Assembly (NCBI GenBank): GCA_023205875.1
Contig: CP060754.1
Location: 1,302,001 to 1,366,000, forward strand
Length of the DNA: 64,000 bases
Reading direction: 5' to 3'
From: Chloropicon primus
Lineage: Eukaryota
The position numbers and the translations under genes were made by a program. Below the pieces are notes generated by a model. The model saw only the letters and a list, made by a program, of their open reading frames with translations. It searched no databases and was not told the origin of the DNA. Positions within the stretch are counted from its first letter, which is position 1; the number at the start of each line of letters is the position of its first letter. Of the stretch, positions 63,233 to 64,000 are shown one piece after another.

Positions 63233-64000
63233 CCTCAACCACCTTGCTGCTTGCTCAAGACAGATCAAACCCAACCCAACCCATCACATAAGACAAAAAA
63301 AAAGAAAGAGACAGAGACAGAGAGACAGAACGTTTGTTTCCTCTATCAGTCTTCACCCTGGGATCAAACGACGCACTCGATGCTCCGTCCCTCCTCTCGG
63401 GGATCGTTCGAGACTCACCTCACCTCACCTCCTCTCCAACTGGCCACGACCACGAATCAAAGCCAACAAAGCAAACAAAACAATCACAATGGAGAGAGAG
63501 AGCGCCCGCGAGAGAGAGCGAGAGAATGCGGATGTCTTGATCGATGCCGAAGAACCCTCTGTTCCCTTCTTCTGTTCCCTTCTTCTGTTCCCTTCTGTGG
63601 AGTGAAACCTCCTCCTCGTCGTCGTCGTCTGAGAATTTTAGTTTTTTGTTTTGTTTTGTGGGCCACAGAAACTGGATAAGGGGGAAAAGGACGAGAACAC
63701 ACACAGACGGAGGAAGACGGCGTCGAGGGCGACGAGAGGAGGGCGACGCTTTCAGGGGACGTCGTGCATATCGAAACGTCTTGTTGAGATCTTTCCATCG
63801 ACTCCTTTCTCGAAAGGAACGACGAAAGGGTGAGGATTCCTCGACCGAAAGAGGTCGGTGCCTTCTGTGCTAGTTGAGGGATTGGTTGATCCTCGAGGGA
63901 AGCGTTACGTTGCGTTGCGCTAACTAACCGACGAAGCCCCTTCTCTCGCGCGCGCTCTATCTCTCTGTCTCTTGGGGGACAAAAGGCTTGGACCGATTCA

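Overview
Gene-dense, GC-rich eukaryotic nuclear DNA with few, short GT-AG introns. Plant-type genes (psaK, plastid rpl9, EXECUTER-like, TPST, NAGK, AP2/ERF) point to a compact green-algal picoeukaryote genome (Chloropicon/prasinophyte-like; inferred, not verified). About 30 protein genes are supportable. Five things stand out. (1) PRP8 carries a 556-aa intein at the PRP8-a site (EKA|C...HN|SGFEES) with a LAGLIDADG homing endonuclease plus what look like three tandem AP2-like DNA-binding domains. (2) A circularly permuted tRNA-Arg(ACG) gene lies at 17750-17865 on the minus strand, with its 3' half upstream of its 5' half. (3) Two inverted copies of a ~2 kb cassette encode tandem 89-aa HARE-HTH-like winged-helix repeats (4 versus 3 units) whose putative recognition helix is hypervariable. 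(4) An F-box-like plus 29-aa ankyrin-repeat gene has hypervariable positions and an upstream orphan 3' cassette. (5) A signal-peptide-bearing, bacterial-type peptidoglycan hydrolase (NamZ/DUF1343) is present. All calls come from reading the sequence and recalled family motifs; no searches were run.
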